From: the human T2T-CHM13v2.0 reference genome, Homo sapiens
NCBI RefSeq assembly: GCF_009914755.1
Contig: NC_060927.1
Direction: 5' to 3' (one strand)
DNA: 64,000 nt
This document shows positions 44,901 to 60,327 of this stretch, in pieces. Both the position numbers and the translations under genes were made by a program. The stretch's first letter is position 1. Each line of letters begins with the position of its first letter. The notes under the pieces are model-generated. The model had not been told where the DNA came from. It did no database searches and saw only the letters and a program-made list of their open reading frames with translations.

Positions 44901-44966
44901 CATGCATTCCTTCAGTTTTTTCCTTAAAACTGTCTATATAATATTTCCAGTTTAAATGTAAACAAG

Positions 44967-45340
44967 TGATATGGTTTTGCTCTGTGTCGCCACCCAAATC
45001 TCATCTTGCAGCTCCCATAATTTCCACGTGTTGTGGGAGGGACCCAGTGGGAGATGATTGAATCATGGGGGCGGGTCTTTCCCGTGCTGTTCTCATGATA
45101 GTGAATGGATCTCATGAGATCTGGTGGTTTAAAAAATGAGTTTCTCTGCACAAGCTCTCTCTTTGCCTGCTGCCACCCACGTAAGATGTGACTTGCTCCT
45201 CCTTGCCTTCTGCCATAATTGTGAGGCCTCCTCAGCCATGTGAAACTGTAAGTCCCAAAAACCTCTTTTTATTTTATTTTTTTGTAAATTGTCCAGTCTC
45301 AGTTATGTTTTTATCAGCAGCATGAAAACAGACTAATATA
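44967..45340. mobile_element. THE1 (MaLR) solo LTR
   Basis: TGATATGGTTTTGCTCTGTGTC...AAACAGACTAATA; 5-bp TSD ACAAG at 44962-44966 and 45341-45345. Confidence 0.92.
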
Positions 45341-46570
45341 ACAAGTAAGGTAAATGTAAATAGAATCATAGTACATATGCCATTCTGAAACCTGTTTTTT
45401 TCATTTAACACATTAGGGACATTGCTTCCTGTTAATTTATCTCATACTTTGTGATTTCTGAAGAATATTGTCTGGTATAGATAAACCATAATTTATTTAA
45501 CCAGTCTCCTACTGATGGACATAAATTGTTTCCTGTTCTTTGCTGTGACAAAGAGTGAACATATTTGAATATACTTGTTTGTGGATTTGCCCTATTATTT
45601 CCTTAGAATAAGTTTCTAGAAGTAGAATTGCTGAGTCAAAGGGTAAGAACATTTTATGAACATTTTAAAATGTGATAATACTTTTGGGTTGCTCCTCAGA
45701 ATGATTATACCAGATTATACCTATCTAAATCCCACCAGTAGTGTACAAGCATGTTTGTTGCCCCACGTGCTAACTGAGCATAATAACTCAATTGCATCTC
45801 TGCTAATCTGATAGTCCCTGCAATTTTTAATGGTCTTGGCCTGTGTTATTAGCTCACTGGGATATCACTGATTCTGCTAATATGGAATGGCAGTGTATTA
45901 AATTAAACATCATTGTACCTATCAAAGTGAGTACCTTTTAGGTAGTAATTTTGGATTGGCCTTTTTAGCCAAATATGAGGTACTCTAAGCTCCCATCTTT
46001 TCTTTTAAGCTAATAAGGTTTTTACTTTCCATGTGTACCATTTAGGGATCCTGTAAGTGCTCAAAGAGATCTTCAGGACACTGACCTTACTTTCTGCTCT
46101 TAATCCCTGACTATTTAAAAAAATTATTTTAAAACAAGTTCAGACTTTCAAAAAAGTTGTAAAAGAATAGTACAAAGAATTCTCATATACCTTTCATCCA
46201 AGTTCCCCAAATGTTAACATTTTACACATTTACTCTTGCATCTCTCTCTCTTTCTCTGAACTCTCAGAGTTGAGTTGCAGACATGATGTTTCTACCCCAA
46301 ATGCTTCAAGTTCATTCTCTTCCATAATCACAGTCTAATTATCTAAATCAGGAAAATTGACATGAAATTCTTATCTATAGACATCATTTAAATTTCATCA
46401 ATTTTCCCAAAAATATTCTTTATAGAAAAAGAAGAAAAAAAATTTCGAGTTCAGGATTCAAACCAACATCACACATTACAGTTGTCATGAATACCTCCTT
46501 TCTTTTTTTGATCATATTTTTTTCCAGACAAATCCCAGGATGATATAGATAAATACTTTTTGGCAACCTA

Positions 46571-47048
<478 letters not shown>

Positions 47049-50000
47049 TCAGAAACCTTTAACAATACTCTGAACTTTAAGAAAAGGTTTTCCAGAGACT
47101 TTCTAAACGGATTGTTTGCCACCGTTGCTAATAGTATCAGATGTTGAGAAGTTTTATTTGATTACATGCAAATAAAGTTACCTCTAAGTCCCTAGAAAGC
47201 CTAGAGAAAAGGGAAAATTGAACAGATATAATGAGAAATACCTCTTCCCACTCAACATTGGAGATGAACAGCATTTGTGTTCTTAATAAGATAACACTAA
47301 ACAGCTTTCCTTTCTCTCGAATCTTTTGTTAAAGACCAACATAACGCGTAGATCCAAAATGGTGGCATAGCAGCAAGCTGGCTTCACTCTCCCCCACAGA
47401 AAACTAAAAACAAATGTACAGCTCCAAGATTATCACTAGCAATATCCCAGAACTCAAATATGAAGATGAGACAGTTCCTGCGCCCACAGAAAAGTGAAAA
47501 AAGTCTGAGAAGACAGAGAATAGAACTTCCACATCTATGATGTCCCGCCCCACATTTGGCCCAGCAATAAGGGTGCGAAAATTCTTCCCCGACACAGTTT
47601 CTACACTGGAAAAAGTGAGACTGAAGTGGACAACCAGCTTCCTCATCAATTTGGGTTCCCTGGCAGGAGACTTGTGCCTGCTTTAACCACAGGGCACATT
47701 GTGAGTGCCTAAAGGGAGAAATATCCCTGAGAATAGGCAGAGACAAAGGGAGGAGGCAGTACTACCATGCAGCCCTGAAAACTCTGCTGTGTAACTCAGC
47801 TAAAGGGGACACCAGATGAGAATGATTGCTCAGCAGCAACATGCTGTAGGAGATTTGTTCCACAGGTCCCCTGGGCACAAACTACTAGCCAGCCTTCTAC
47901 ACTGCCAAAATATCTTCTTTAGGACTTCCCCAGTTTGGGAAGGGCAGTGCTATGATTGTTTACTATAACTGAGGTGAAGCTGGGCTTAAGGAGCCACATA
48001 GAACTGAAAAGGAGGAAGCAACCTAGTGGTTAAGAACCTCTGAGCAAATATAAAAACCAAAATAAGCTAGTCAAAGAAGACTGGAATAAATAATCTTTCA
48101 ATGCAAAGACACAGATGTACATCCACAAGAAACAACAGCAAATGGGGAAAGATGATCTCCCCAAATGGACAAAGCAAGGAACCAGTAACTGACCCCAGTG
48201 AGATGGTAATATGTGAACTCTCTGACCAATAATTTAAAACAGCAGTTTTAAGGAACTCAGTGATTTCCAAGATAACACAGAAAAGCAGTTCAGAAGTTTA
48301 TCAGAGAAATTTAACAAAGAGATTGAAATAATAAAAAAAATCAAACAGAAGTCTTGGAACTCAGAAATACATTTGCTGAACTGAAAAATTCATTAGAAGC
48401 TCTCAACAGCCAAATGGATCAAGCAGAGGAAAAAAATCAGTGCTCTCAAAGACAAGCTATTTGAAAATACACAATGAAAGGAGAAAAAAAGGAAACCAAC
48501 AAAGATCATCTACAAGATATAGAAAATTGCCTCAAAAGACCAAATCTAAGAATTATTGGTGTTCAAGAGGGAGTTGAGCAATAGCATGGGGTGGAAAGCT
48601 TATTCCAAGCAATAATAAAATGAAACTTTCCAAAACTTGAGAAAGACATAAATATTCAGGTACAGGAAGGTCAGAGAACACCAAACAGATTTGATTAAAA
48701 TAAAACTACCCCAAGGCATATAATAACACTCAAAGGACAAGGACAAAGGAAAAATGCTGAAAGTGGCAAGAGAAAATAAGCAGATAACATATAAAGGAGC
48801 TCCAGTTTATCTGGCAACAGACTTCTCAATGGAAATCACATAGGCCAGGAGGGAGTGGAATAACATTTTTAAAGTGAGGGAGTTTTTTTTTTTAACTGCC
48901 ATCCAAGGATACTGCCTCCAGCAAATTTATCCTTCAACCATGAAGGAGACAAAAGTCTTTCCCAGACAAACAAAAGCTGAGAGAATTCACCACCATCAGA
49001 TTCACCTTACAAGACATATGAAAGGGAGCTCTTCAACCTGAAACAATTTGTTTGTACTAATGTACAAAACAAAAAGAAAAGAAAACTAAAAAAAATTTGA
49101 AACTATAAAACCCACTGGTGAATCTAAGTACATGAACAAACTCAGAATACTCTCATACTGTAATTGTGGTATGCATTCTACTCATAATTCTAGTATGAAG
49201 CCCAAAAGACAAATCTGTCAAATACAATAATAGCTACAGTAACCTGTCAAGAGATAGACAATTTAAAACACATAAATTGAGACAACTAAAAGTCAAGAGG
49301 GGGAGGGGGATGGAGTTAATATGTAAATTTTTTTTAAATTATTTTCTTTGTTTTTATTCTATTTTTTGTGATCTAAGATAAGTTGCCATCTCTATAAAAT
49401 AATTTCTTATGTCTGCAAGATGCTTTTTATAATCCTCAAGGTAACCACAACACAAAAACCTATAATAGATACACTAAAAATAAAAAACAATGAATTAAAA
49501 ATACTACCAGCGAAAATCACTTAGCCATGAAAGAAGACAGCAAGAAAGGAAGTAAGAGGAGAGAAGGTACAAAACCACCAGAAAATAAGAATCAAAATGG
49601 CATTAGTAAGTCTTTGCTTACCGATAATAACACTGAATATAAATGGACTCAATTCTCTGATTAAAAGGCACAGGGTGGCTGAATGGATAAAGAACCAAGA
49701 CTTGGCTACATGCTACCTACAAGAAACCAATTTCACCTATAAAGATGCACATAGACTGAAAGTGAAGAGGTGGAAAAAGAGATTCTATGCAACTGGAAAC
49801 AAAAAAAGAACAGGAGTAGCTATACTTATATCAGATGAAACAGACTACAAATCAAAGACTGTAAGAAGAAACAAAGCAGGTCACTATATAATAATAAAGG
49901 AGTCAAATCAGCAAGAGGATTTAACAATTATAAATATCTATGCACCCAAAACAGGAGATCCCAAGTATATAAAACAAACATTAATATATCTAAAGGGAGA

Positions 50001-50277
50001 GATAGATCACAATACAATAATAGTGGGGACTTTAATACTCTACTGTGAGTAATGAACAGATTATCCAGAAAGAAAATCAACAAAGAAACATTGGAGTTAA
50101 ACTACACACTAGACCTAATAGGCCTAACTTATTTACCAAATATTTTACCCAACTGCTGCAGAATACATATTCTGTTTATCAGCACATGGAATAGTCTCCA
50201 GAACAGACCATATCTTAGGCCACAAAACAAGTCTGAACAAATTTTAAACAGTAGAAATCATATCAAGTATCTTTCCT

Positions 50278-50589
<312 letters not shown>

Positions 50590-51538
50590 TTAAAATTACC
50601 TTTTTCTGATCACAGTGGAATAAAACTAGAAATCAATAATAAGAGAAACCTCAAAAACTTCACAAACAAGTGGAAATTAAACAACATGCTCCTGAATGAC
50701 AAATGGATCAACGAATAAATTAAGAAGGAAATTAAAAATTTTTGAAGTTAATGAAAAGGAGAATACAGTATACCAAAATCTGTGGGATAAAACAAAGCCG
50801 TACTAAGAGGGAAGTTTATAGCAATAAACACCTATATCAAAACAGTAGAACAACCTCAAATAAACAACTTAATGATGCACCTCAAGGAACTAGAATAGCA
50901 AAACAAATCAAAATTAGTAGAAGGAAGGAAATAATAAAGATAGAGCAGAAATAAATGAAATTGAAACTAAAAAAATTATGGAAGTTCAATGAAACAAAAA
51001 GGATTTTTTTTGAAAAGATAAATAAAATCACCAAACCATTAGCTAGACTAAGAAGAAATAAGAGTGAAGAGCTAAATAAATAATCAGAAACAACTGAGAC
51101 TACAGAAATGCAAAGGATCATTAGAGATTATTATGAACAACTATATGCCAACAAATTTGAAAACCTAGAAGAAATGGATACATTCCTGGATACAGCAACC
51201 TACCAAGATTGAACCATGAAAAAATAGAAAACCTCAGCAAACCGATAATGAGTAATGAGAACAAAGCTGTAATAAAAAGTGTACCATCAAAGAAATGCCT
51301 AGGACCTCATAGCTTCACTATTGAATTCTACTAAACATTTAAAGAAGAACTAATACCAATTCTACTCAAACTCTTCAAAAAAAAAGGAAGACAAGGGAAT
51401 ACTTCCAAATTCATTCTATGAGGCCAGCATTACCCTAATACCAAATCAGAGAAAGACACAACAAAAAGAAAACTACAGGCCAATATCCCTTATGAAAATC
51501 GACGCAGGAAAAAAAGTCCTCAAGAAAGTACTAGCAAG

Positions 51539-52426
51539 TTCTCTTTCCCATCTTGCAAGACGGTGGGTGAAAAAGTTGAGAAGCTGGATACTAAGTAGAA
51601 GGAACCTGAAGCCAAGAAGGCTGTTGCTAATGGCAAGGTGAAAAAGGGTAAGAAAAGGCCAAAAAGGGGAAGCCTCATTGCAACTGAAGTCCTGTCTTCA
51701 TCAGAGAAATTGGCAGATATTCCCAATCTGCTATGTATTGTGGAAAGGTTATGTACAAGAGGAAGTATTCAGCCAGTAAATCAAAGATTGAAAAGAAAAA
51801 GGAGAAGGTTTAATACAAAAGCAGTTGGTGGTGACAAAGTTGAAGGTACTCAGGTGGTTACACTTTGCAAAATGCATAGCTATTATCCTACTGAAGATGT
51901 GCGCTGAACGCTGTTGAGCCACAGCCAAAAATCTTTCAGTCAGCACGGAGAAAACTGCGAGGCAGCATCACTCCCAGGACTATTCTGTCCATCCCCCCTG
52001 GGCACCACAGAGGCAAGAGGGTGGTTTTCGTGAAGGAGCTGGGCAGTGGCTTCTCACTTGTGACTGGATCTTTGGTTCTCAGTTGAGTTCTTCTATGAAG
52101 AACACACAAGAAATTTGTCATTGCCACCTCCACAAAAGTTGTTATCAGCAATGTGAAAATCCTAAAACATCTTACTCATACTTACTTCAAGAAGAAGAAG
52201 CTGTGGAAGCCCAGACACTGGGAAGGTGAGATCATCAACAAAGGAAAAAGAAAAGGAGATTACAGAGCAGTGCAAGGTTGATCAGAAAGCAGTGGACTTG
52301 CAAATTTTACTAAAAATCAAAGCGATTCCTTAGCTCCAGGGCTACCTATGATCTGTGTTTTCCCAGATAAATGAAATTTATTCTCAAAAATTGGTGTTCT
52401 AAATATCTTAAGAAGAACCTAATTAA
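51539..52426 (+). pseudogene. Processed ribosomal protein L6 (RPL6) pseudogene inserted in L1 ORF2
   Basis: Starts with 5'TOP tract TTCTCTTTCCCATCTTGCAAG. Start codon mutated to ACG (51560), then GEKVEK.DTK with TAG at 51596. Internal YYPTEDV motif. Ends AAATTGGTGTTCTAA (KLVF*, stop 52400-52402) plus a short 3'UTR. Intronless, with frameshifts. Confidence 0.92.
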
Positions 52427-53464
52427 TTTTTTGATGTGTTGTTGAATTTGACTTTCTAGTTTTTTTAAATGTATCTGTAAATACACTAAAAAAATCAGCA
52501 ACACATCAAAAAGATAATTCACCATTATCAAGTGAGATTCATCCCATGGATGCATGGATGGTTCAACATACACAAATCAATAAATGTGACACGTCACATT
52601 AACAGAACCAAGAACAAAAGCCATATGATTATTTTAATAAATGCTGAAAAAATATTTGATAAAATTCAGTATTCCTTTATGACAAAAGCCTTCACAAACT
52701 GGGCATAGAAGAAACATAGCTCAAAATAATAAAGGTCATATATGATAAACCTACAGCTAACATTAGTATGGAAAAAACTGAAGGCCTTTCCTCTAAGATT
52801 TGGAGTAAGACAGGAATTGCCACTTGCACTACTTTTATTCAACATAGTAATGGAAGTCCTGGCCAGATCAATAGGGAAGAGAAAGAAATAAAGGGCATCC
52901 AGATTAGAAAGGAAAAAGTCGAATTACTCTTGTTCACAGATAACATAATCTTATACTTAGAGAAACCTCAAGATGCCACCAAAAACCTGTTAGAAGTTAT
53001 TACAAAACTCGATAAAGTTGTAGGATACAAAATCAACATACAAAAATCCATAGCATTTATATACGGCAACAGTGAACAATCTGAAAAAGAAATCAAGAAA
53101 GCAATCCCATTTAAAATAGCTACAAATAAAATAAAATACCTAAGAATCAACTTAATCAAAGAAATGAAAGATCTATACAAAGAAAACTATAAAACACTGA
53201 TAAAAACAGTTGAAGAGGACACAAACAAAAGATATTCCATGCTTGTGGATTGGAAGAATTAATATTGTTAAAACGACAATACTACCCAAAACAATTTACA
53301 GATTCAATGCAATCTCTATCAAAATACCAGTGACATTCTTCACAAAATAGAAAAAACTTCTAAAATTTCTATGGAACCACAAAACACTCCAAATAGCCAA
53401 AACGCTCCTGAGCAAAAATAACAAAACTAGAGGCATCACACGTCCGACTCTAACACTTACTACT

Positions 53465-56400
53465 GGCAGAGGGGTGGAGTGAGATGGCAGAATAGAAGGT
53501 TGCAATAATTGTCTTGTCCACCACCCATGGGAAGACCAAATTTAACATCTACACACACAGACACAAACACACACACAACACTTTCATAAGAACCAAAAAA
53601 TTAGGTGAGCACTCACAGTACCTTGTATTAACTTCACATTACTGAAAGAGGCACTGAAAAGGTCAGGAAAAACAGTCTTTAACAGTCTTTAATTGCTGTT
53701 TCCTGGTCCCCCAGCAGTGGCTGCATGGTGTGGAGAATCTGTGTGCTTGGGGAGGGAGAATGCAGTGATTGTGAGACTTTTCATTGAACTCAGTTCTGGT
53801 AAGCCTTTTCATTGAGTGTTGGAGTGTTCTGGGGCTCTAAATAAACTTGAAAGACATTCTAGGCCATAAGGAATACAACTCCTAGGTGGGTCTTAGTGCC
53901 AAGCTGGGCTCAGAGCCAGTGGACTGGTGGGGGCACATGACCTACTGAGACACCAGCCAGGGCAGCTAAAGGAGTGCTTGCACCACTCCTCCCCCAACCC
54001 CAGGCTGAACAGCTTGCAGGTCTGATAGAGATCCCTTCTTTCCGCTTGAGGAAAGGAGAGGGAAGAACAAGAGGACTTTGTCTTACATCTTGGATAACAG
54101 CTCAGCCACAGTAGGATAGGGTAATGGGCATAGTCATGAGGGCACCGTTCCAGGCCCTAGCTCCTGGACAGCATTTCTAGACACACCTTGGGCCAGAAGG
54201 GAACCTGCTGCCTTGAAGAAAAGGACCTAGCCATGGCAGGACCCATCATCATTTGCTGACTAAAGAGCACTTGGGCCCTGAATAACTAGTAGCAATATCC
54301 AGGTATTCTGGGCTGTGGTTGAGACTCTGAGAATTGCCAGCTTCAGATGAGACATAGCACATTCCCAGCTTTAGTGGCTATAATGAGAGACTCCCTCTGC
54401 TTGAGAAAAGCAGAGGGAAAACAGTAAAAGGGAACTTTGTCTCGCACCTTAGATACCAGTTGAGCCACAGGAGGGTAGAGCACCAGGCAGGCTCTTGGGG
54501 ACACTAATTCCAGGTGTGGCTCTTAGATGGCATTTCTGGCCTGACCTGGGCCACAGGGGAGCCTACTTTCCTGAAGAGTGAGTCCCAGGCTTGGCAACAT
54601 TCACCACAAGCTGACTGAAGAGTCTTTGGGCCTTAAGTGAACATTGGTGGAAGCCTGGCAGTATTCCCTGTGGGCCTGTGGTAATGGTGGCCACAGAGTG
54701 AGACTCCTCTGCCTATGGAAAGCAGAGGGAGGACTGGGAAGGGTGTCATGGTTTGAGAGACACAAGCCTGTCTGGCTTCACCACCTGCTGATTGTACAGT
54801 TCTAGGTTCTTGAGCAAACATAGGTGGTAGCCAGGTAACAGCAGGCCTTGAGCAAGATCCAGTGCTGTGCTGGCTTCAGGTCTGACCCAACATAGTCCCA
54901 GTGGTGGTGGCCACAGGGGTTTCTTGTGTCACCCCACCCCCAGCTCCAGGAGGCTTGGCACAGAGAGAGAGAGAGAGAGACTCTGTTTGGGATAAAGGGA
55001 AGAGAACAAGAGTCTTTGCCTGGTTAATCCAGATAATTCTTCCAGATCTTATTCAAGACCACCAAGGTGGTACTTCTATGAGTATTCAAGAACCACAGCA
55101 TTACTGGGCTTTGAGTTTCCCCTAATACAGATAGAACTTAGATCACAACACCCAAGCTGTTTCAAATACCTGGAAAGCCTTTCCAAGAAGGACAGACACA
55201 AACAAACCCAGACTGGGAAGACTACAATAAATACCCAACTTTTCAATGCCCAGATACTGACAAACATCTACCAGCATCAACAACATCAAAGAAAACATGA
55301 CCTCACCAAACAAACTAAATAAGGCACCAAAGACCAATCCTGGAGAGACAGAGATATGTGACATTTTAAACAAAGAATTCAAAATAGCTGTGTTTAGTAA
55401 ACTCAAAGAAATTCAAGATAACACAGAGAAAAAATTCAGAATCCTATAAGATAAATTTAACAAAGATATTGAAATAATTAAAAATAATCAGGCAAAAATT
55501 CTGGAGTTGAAAAATGCAATTGATATACTGAAGAACACATCAGTCATTTAATAGCAGAATTGATCACACAGAAGAAAGAATTAGTGAGCTTGAAGACAGG
55601 CTATGTGAAAATACACAGAGGAGACAAAAGAAAAAACAATAAAAAGTAATGAAGCATACCTACAAGGTCTAGAAATTAGCCTCAAAAGGGCAAATCTAAG
55701 AGTTATTGGCTTTAAAGAGGAGATTGAGAACGAGATAGGGGTAGAAAGCTTATTCAAAGGAAAAAGAGAACTTCCCAAACCTAGAGAAAGATATCAATAT
55801 CCAAGTACAAGAAGGTTACAGAACACCAGCAGATTTAGCCCAAAGAAAACTACTAGGCATTTAACAATCAGACTCCTAAAGGTCAAGGATAAAGAAAGGA
55901 TCCTAAAAGCAACAAGAGAAAAGAAACAAACAACATGCAATGGAGCTCCAATACATCTGGAAGCAGACTTTCCAGTGGAAGCCTTACCGGCCAGTAGAGA
56001 GTGGCATGACATATTTAGAGTGCTGAATGAAAAAAACTTTTACCCTAGAATAGTATGTCTGGTGAAAATATCCTTCAACCATGAAGGGGAAGTAAATAGT
56101 TTCCCAGACAAACAAAAGAATGAGGGACTTTATCAACACCAGACCTGTCCTATAAGAACTGCTAAAGGGAGTACTTCAAACAGAAAGAAAAGGATGTTAA
56201 TGAACAATAAGAAATAATCTAAAGGTGCAAAAGTGACTAGTAGTATTAAGTATACAGAAAAAACACAGAATATTATAACGCCGTAACTGTGGTGTGTAAA
56301 CAACTATTAAGTAGAGAGACTAAATGATGAATCAATTAAAAATAATAACTACATCAACTTTTCAAGACATAGTACAATAAATAGAAATAACAAATAGTTA

Positions 56401-59400
56401 AAAAGCATGGGGATGAAGTAAAAGTGTAGAGCTTTTACTTTCTTTTTGCTAGTTTGTTTGTTTATGTAAACAGTGTTAAGTTGTTGTCAGCTTAAAATAA
56501 TGGATTATAAGATTGTATTTGCAAGTCTTATGGTAACCTCAAACCAAAAAACACACAACAGATACACAAAAAATAAAAAGCAAGAAATGAAATCATACCA
56601 TAAGAGAAAATTACCTTCACTAAAAGGAAGACAAGAAGGAATAAAATAAGGAAGAGAGGCCACAAAGCAAAAATCAAATAACAAAATGGCAGGAGTAAGT
56701 TTTTACTTGTCAATAATAACATTGAATATAAATGGACTAAACTGTCCAATCAAAAAACATAGAATAGCTGGATGGATCAGAAAACCAGACACAATATAGG
56801 CTTGGTGCCTGTAAGAAACACAGTTCACCTATAAAAATACACACAGACTGAAAATAAATGGATGGAAAAAGGTATTCCCTGTCAATGGAAACTAAAAAAA
56901 AAGAGCAGGAGTAGCTATACTTATATTAGACAAAATAGATTTCAAGACAAAAACTATAAGAAGAGACAAAAAACATCATTATATGATGAGAAAGGGTCAA
57001 TTCAGGAAGAGACTATAACAATTGCAAGTAAGTATGCACCCAACACTGGAGCACCCAGATATATAAAGCTCGCTTTAGCTCTTATTAGAGTTAAAGAGAG
57101 AGATAGACTCTAATACAATAATAGCTGGAGACTTCAACACCCCACTTTCAGCATTGGACAGATCTTCCAGACAGAAAATCAACAAAGAAACTTCAGACTT
57201 AATCTGCACTATAGACCAAATGGACCTAATCAATATTTACAGAACATTTTATCCAATAACTGCAGAATGCACATTGCTTTCCTTAGCACATGAATCATTC
57301 TCAAAGATAGACCATATGTTAGGTCACAAAACAAGTCTTAAAACATTCAAAAAATTGAAATAATATCAAGCATCTTCTCTGACCACAATGGAATAAAACT
57401 AGAAATTAATAATGAGGAATTTTGGAAAATATGCAAATACATGGAAATTAAACAATATGCTCCTGAATGATCAGTGGGTCAATGAAGAAATTTAGGATGA
57501 AATTGAAAAATTTTTTGAAACAAATGATAATGAAAACACAACATACCTATGAGATACAGTGAAAGGAGTACTAAGAGGGCAGTTTATAGCTATAAATGCC
57601 TACATCAAAAAAGAAGAAAAACTTGAAATAAACCACCTAATAATGCATCTTAGGGAACTAAAGAAGCAACAGTAAACCAAGTCCAAAATTAGTACAAGAA
57701 AAGAAATAATAAAGATCAGAGCAGAAATAAATGAAATTTGAATGAAGACAACAATACAAAAATAAATGAAACAACTTTTCAACACAAAAAGGAAACTTTT
57801 TTGAAAAGTTCAACTAAATTGACAAATCTTTAGCCAGACTATGAAAAAAAGCAGATCCAAATAAATCAGCGATGAAAAAGGGGATGTTTCAACTGATACC
57901 ACAGAAATTCCAAGGATCATTAATGGCTACTATGGGCAACTATATGCCAATACACTGGAAAATCTAGAAGAAATGCATAAATTCCTACACATATAAAACC
58001 TACCAAGATTGAACCATAAAGAAATTCAAAACCTGAAGAGATCAATGATAAGCAATGAGATTGAAGCCATAATAAAAAGTCTTTAAGCAAAGAAAACCCC
58101 AGGACCCAATGGTTTCACTGCTGAATTCTACTAAACGTTTAAAGAATAACTAATACCAATCCTACTCAAACTATTCCAAAAAATAGAGGAGGAGGGAATA
58201 TTTCCAAACACATTCTACAAGGTAGTATTACCCTGATAGCAAAACCAAACAAAGATACATCAAAAAAAAAGAAAACTGCAGTCCAATATCTATGTTGAAT
58301 ATTGATGCAAAAGTCCTCAACAAAATACTAGCAAACTGAATTCAACAACATTAAAGAGATCATTCATCATGACCAAGTGGGATTTATCTCAGGGATGCAA
58401 GGATGGTTCAACATATGTAAATCACTCAGTGTGATACATCATATCAACAGAATGAAGCACAAAAACCATATGATTATTTCAATTGATGCTGAAAAGCAGT
58501 TGATAAAATTTAACATCCCTTGATGATAAAAACTCTAAAAAAAACATGGTATATTAGATATATACTGAGGAGTATATTTCTAACATAATAAAAGCCATAT
58601 ACCACAGACCCATAGCTAGCATCATAATGAAGGGAAAAAGCTGAAAGCCTTTCCTGTGGAACGTGACAAGGATGCTGACTTTCACCACCGTTATCCAACA
58701 TAGTACTAGAAGTCCTAGCTACAGCAATCAGATGATAGAAATAAAAGGCATCCAAACTGGAAAAGAAGCAGTTGAATTATCCTTGTTTGCAAATAGCCAT
58801 GATCTTGTATTTGGAAAAGCCTAAAGACTCTACCAAAAAACTATTAGAGCTGATAAAAAAATTCAGTTAAGTTACAAGATATAAAATCAACATACAAAAA
58901 TCAGTAGCATTTTATATGCCAATAACAAACAATCTGGAAAAGAAATCAAGAAAGTAATCCCATTTACAAACACTACAAATAAAATAAAATACCTAGGAAT
59001 TAACTTAACCAAAGAAGTGAAAGATCTCTAGAATGAAAACTGTAAAACATTGATGCAAGAAATTGAAGAGGACACAAAAAAGTGGAAAGACATTCCATGT
59101 TCATGAATTGGAAGAATCAATATTGTTAAAATGTTCATACTACCCAAAGCAATCTACTGATTTAATGCAATTCCTATCAAAATACCAATGCATTCTTCAC
59201 AGAGATAGAAAAAAAATCCTAAAATTTATGTGGAAGGACAAAAGACCCAGAATAGCCAAAGCTGTCCTGAGTAAAAAGAACAAAACTGGAGGAATCACAT
59301 TACCTGACTTCAAATTATGCTACAGAAGGATAATAACCAAAACAGCATGGTACTGGCATAAAAACAGACACATAGACCAGTGGGAAATAATAGATAACTG

Positions 59401-60175
59401 AGAAATAAATACATGCATCTATGGTGAACTAATTTTTGAAAAAGTTTCCAAGAGCATACATTGGGAAAGGATGGTCTCTTCAATAAGTGGTGCTGGGGAA
59501 ACTAGATATTCATACACAAAGAATGAAACTAGATCCCTATATCTTGCTGTCTATAAAAATCAAATAAAAATGTATTAGATAATTAAATCTAAGACATCTA
59601 ATGATGAGAGTACTAAAAGAAAACATTGGTGGAACTCTCCAGGACATTGGAGTGGGCAAATACTTCTTGAGTATTTGGTTGCCCCATAGGCACAGGCAAC
59701 CAAAGCCAAATTGGACAAATGGGATCACGTCAAGTTAAAAAGCTTCTACACAGCAAGGGAAACAATCAACGAAGTGAAGAGACAACCCATAGAATGGGAG
59801 AAAATATCTGCAAACTACCCATCTGACAAGGGATTTATAACTAGGGTATATAATTAGCTTAAACAACTCTATAGAAAAAAATCTAATAATCTGATTTTAA
59901 AATGAGCAAAAGACCTGAATAGACATTTCTCAAAAGAAGACATACAACTGACACCATGTATATGAAAACGTGCTCAACATCACTGATTATCATAGAAATA
60001 CAAATCAAAACTTCAATGAAATATTATCTCACCCCAGTTAAAATGGCTTATATCCAAAAGACAGGCAATAACAAATGCTGGCGAGGATGTGGAGAAGAAG
60101 GAAAACTTGTACTCTGTGGGTGGGAATACAAATTAGTACAACCACTATGGAGAATAGTTTAGAGGTTCCTTAAAA
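53465..60175 (+). mobile_element. Second near-full-length old L1 (L1M1/L1PB-like) nested in the first; 3' end missing
   Basis: New 5'UTR starting GGAGTGAGATGGCAGAATAGAAGG; ORF1 remnant ~55300-56200; ORF2 remnant from ~56690 ([11 protein letters not shown]...[16 protein letters not shown]). Confidence 0.87.
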
Positions 60176-60176
60176 A

Positions 60177-60312
60177 GGGAAAGCATTAGGAGACATACCT
60201 AATGTAAATGATGAGTTAATGGGTGCAGCACACCAACATGGCACATGTATACATATGTAACAAACCTGCACGTTGTGCACATGTACCCTAGAACTTAAAG
60301 TATATAAAAAAA
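60177..60312 (+). mobile_element. Short 3'-end fragment of a younger primate L1PA with poly(A)
   Basis: GCATTAGGAGACATACCTAATGTAAATGATGAGTTAATGGGTGCAGCACACCAACATGGCAC...CCCTAGAACTTAAAGTAT followed by an A tract; lacks the L1HS ACA diagnostic. Confidence 0.9.
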
Positions 60313-60327
60313 AGATTAAGTACCTAT

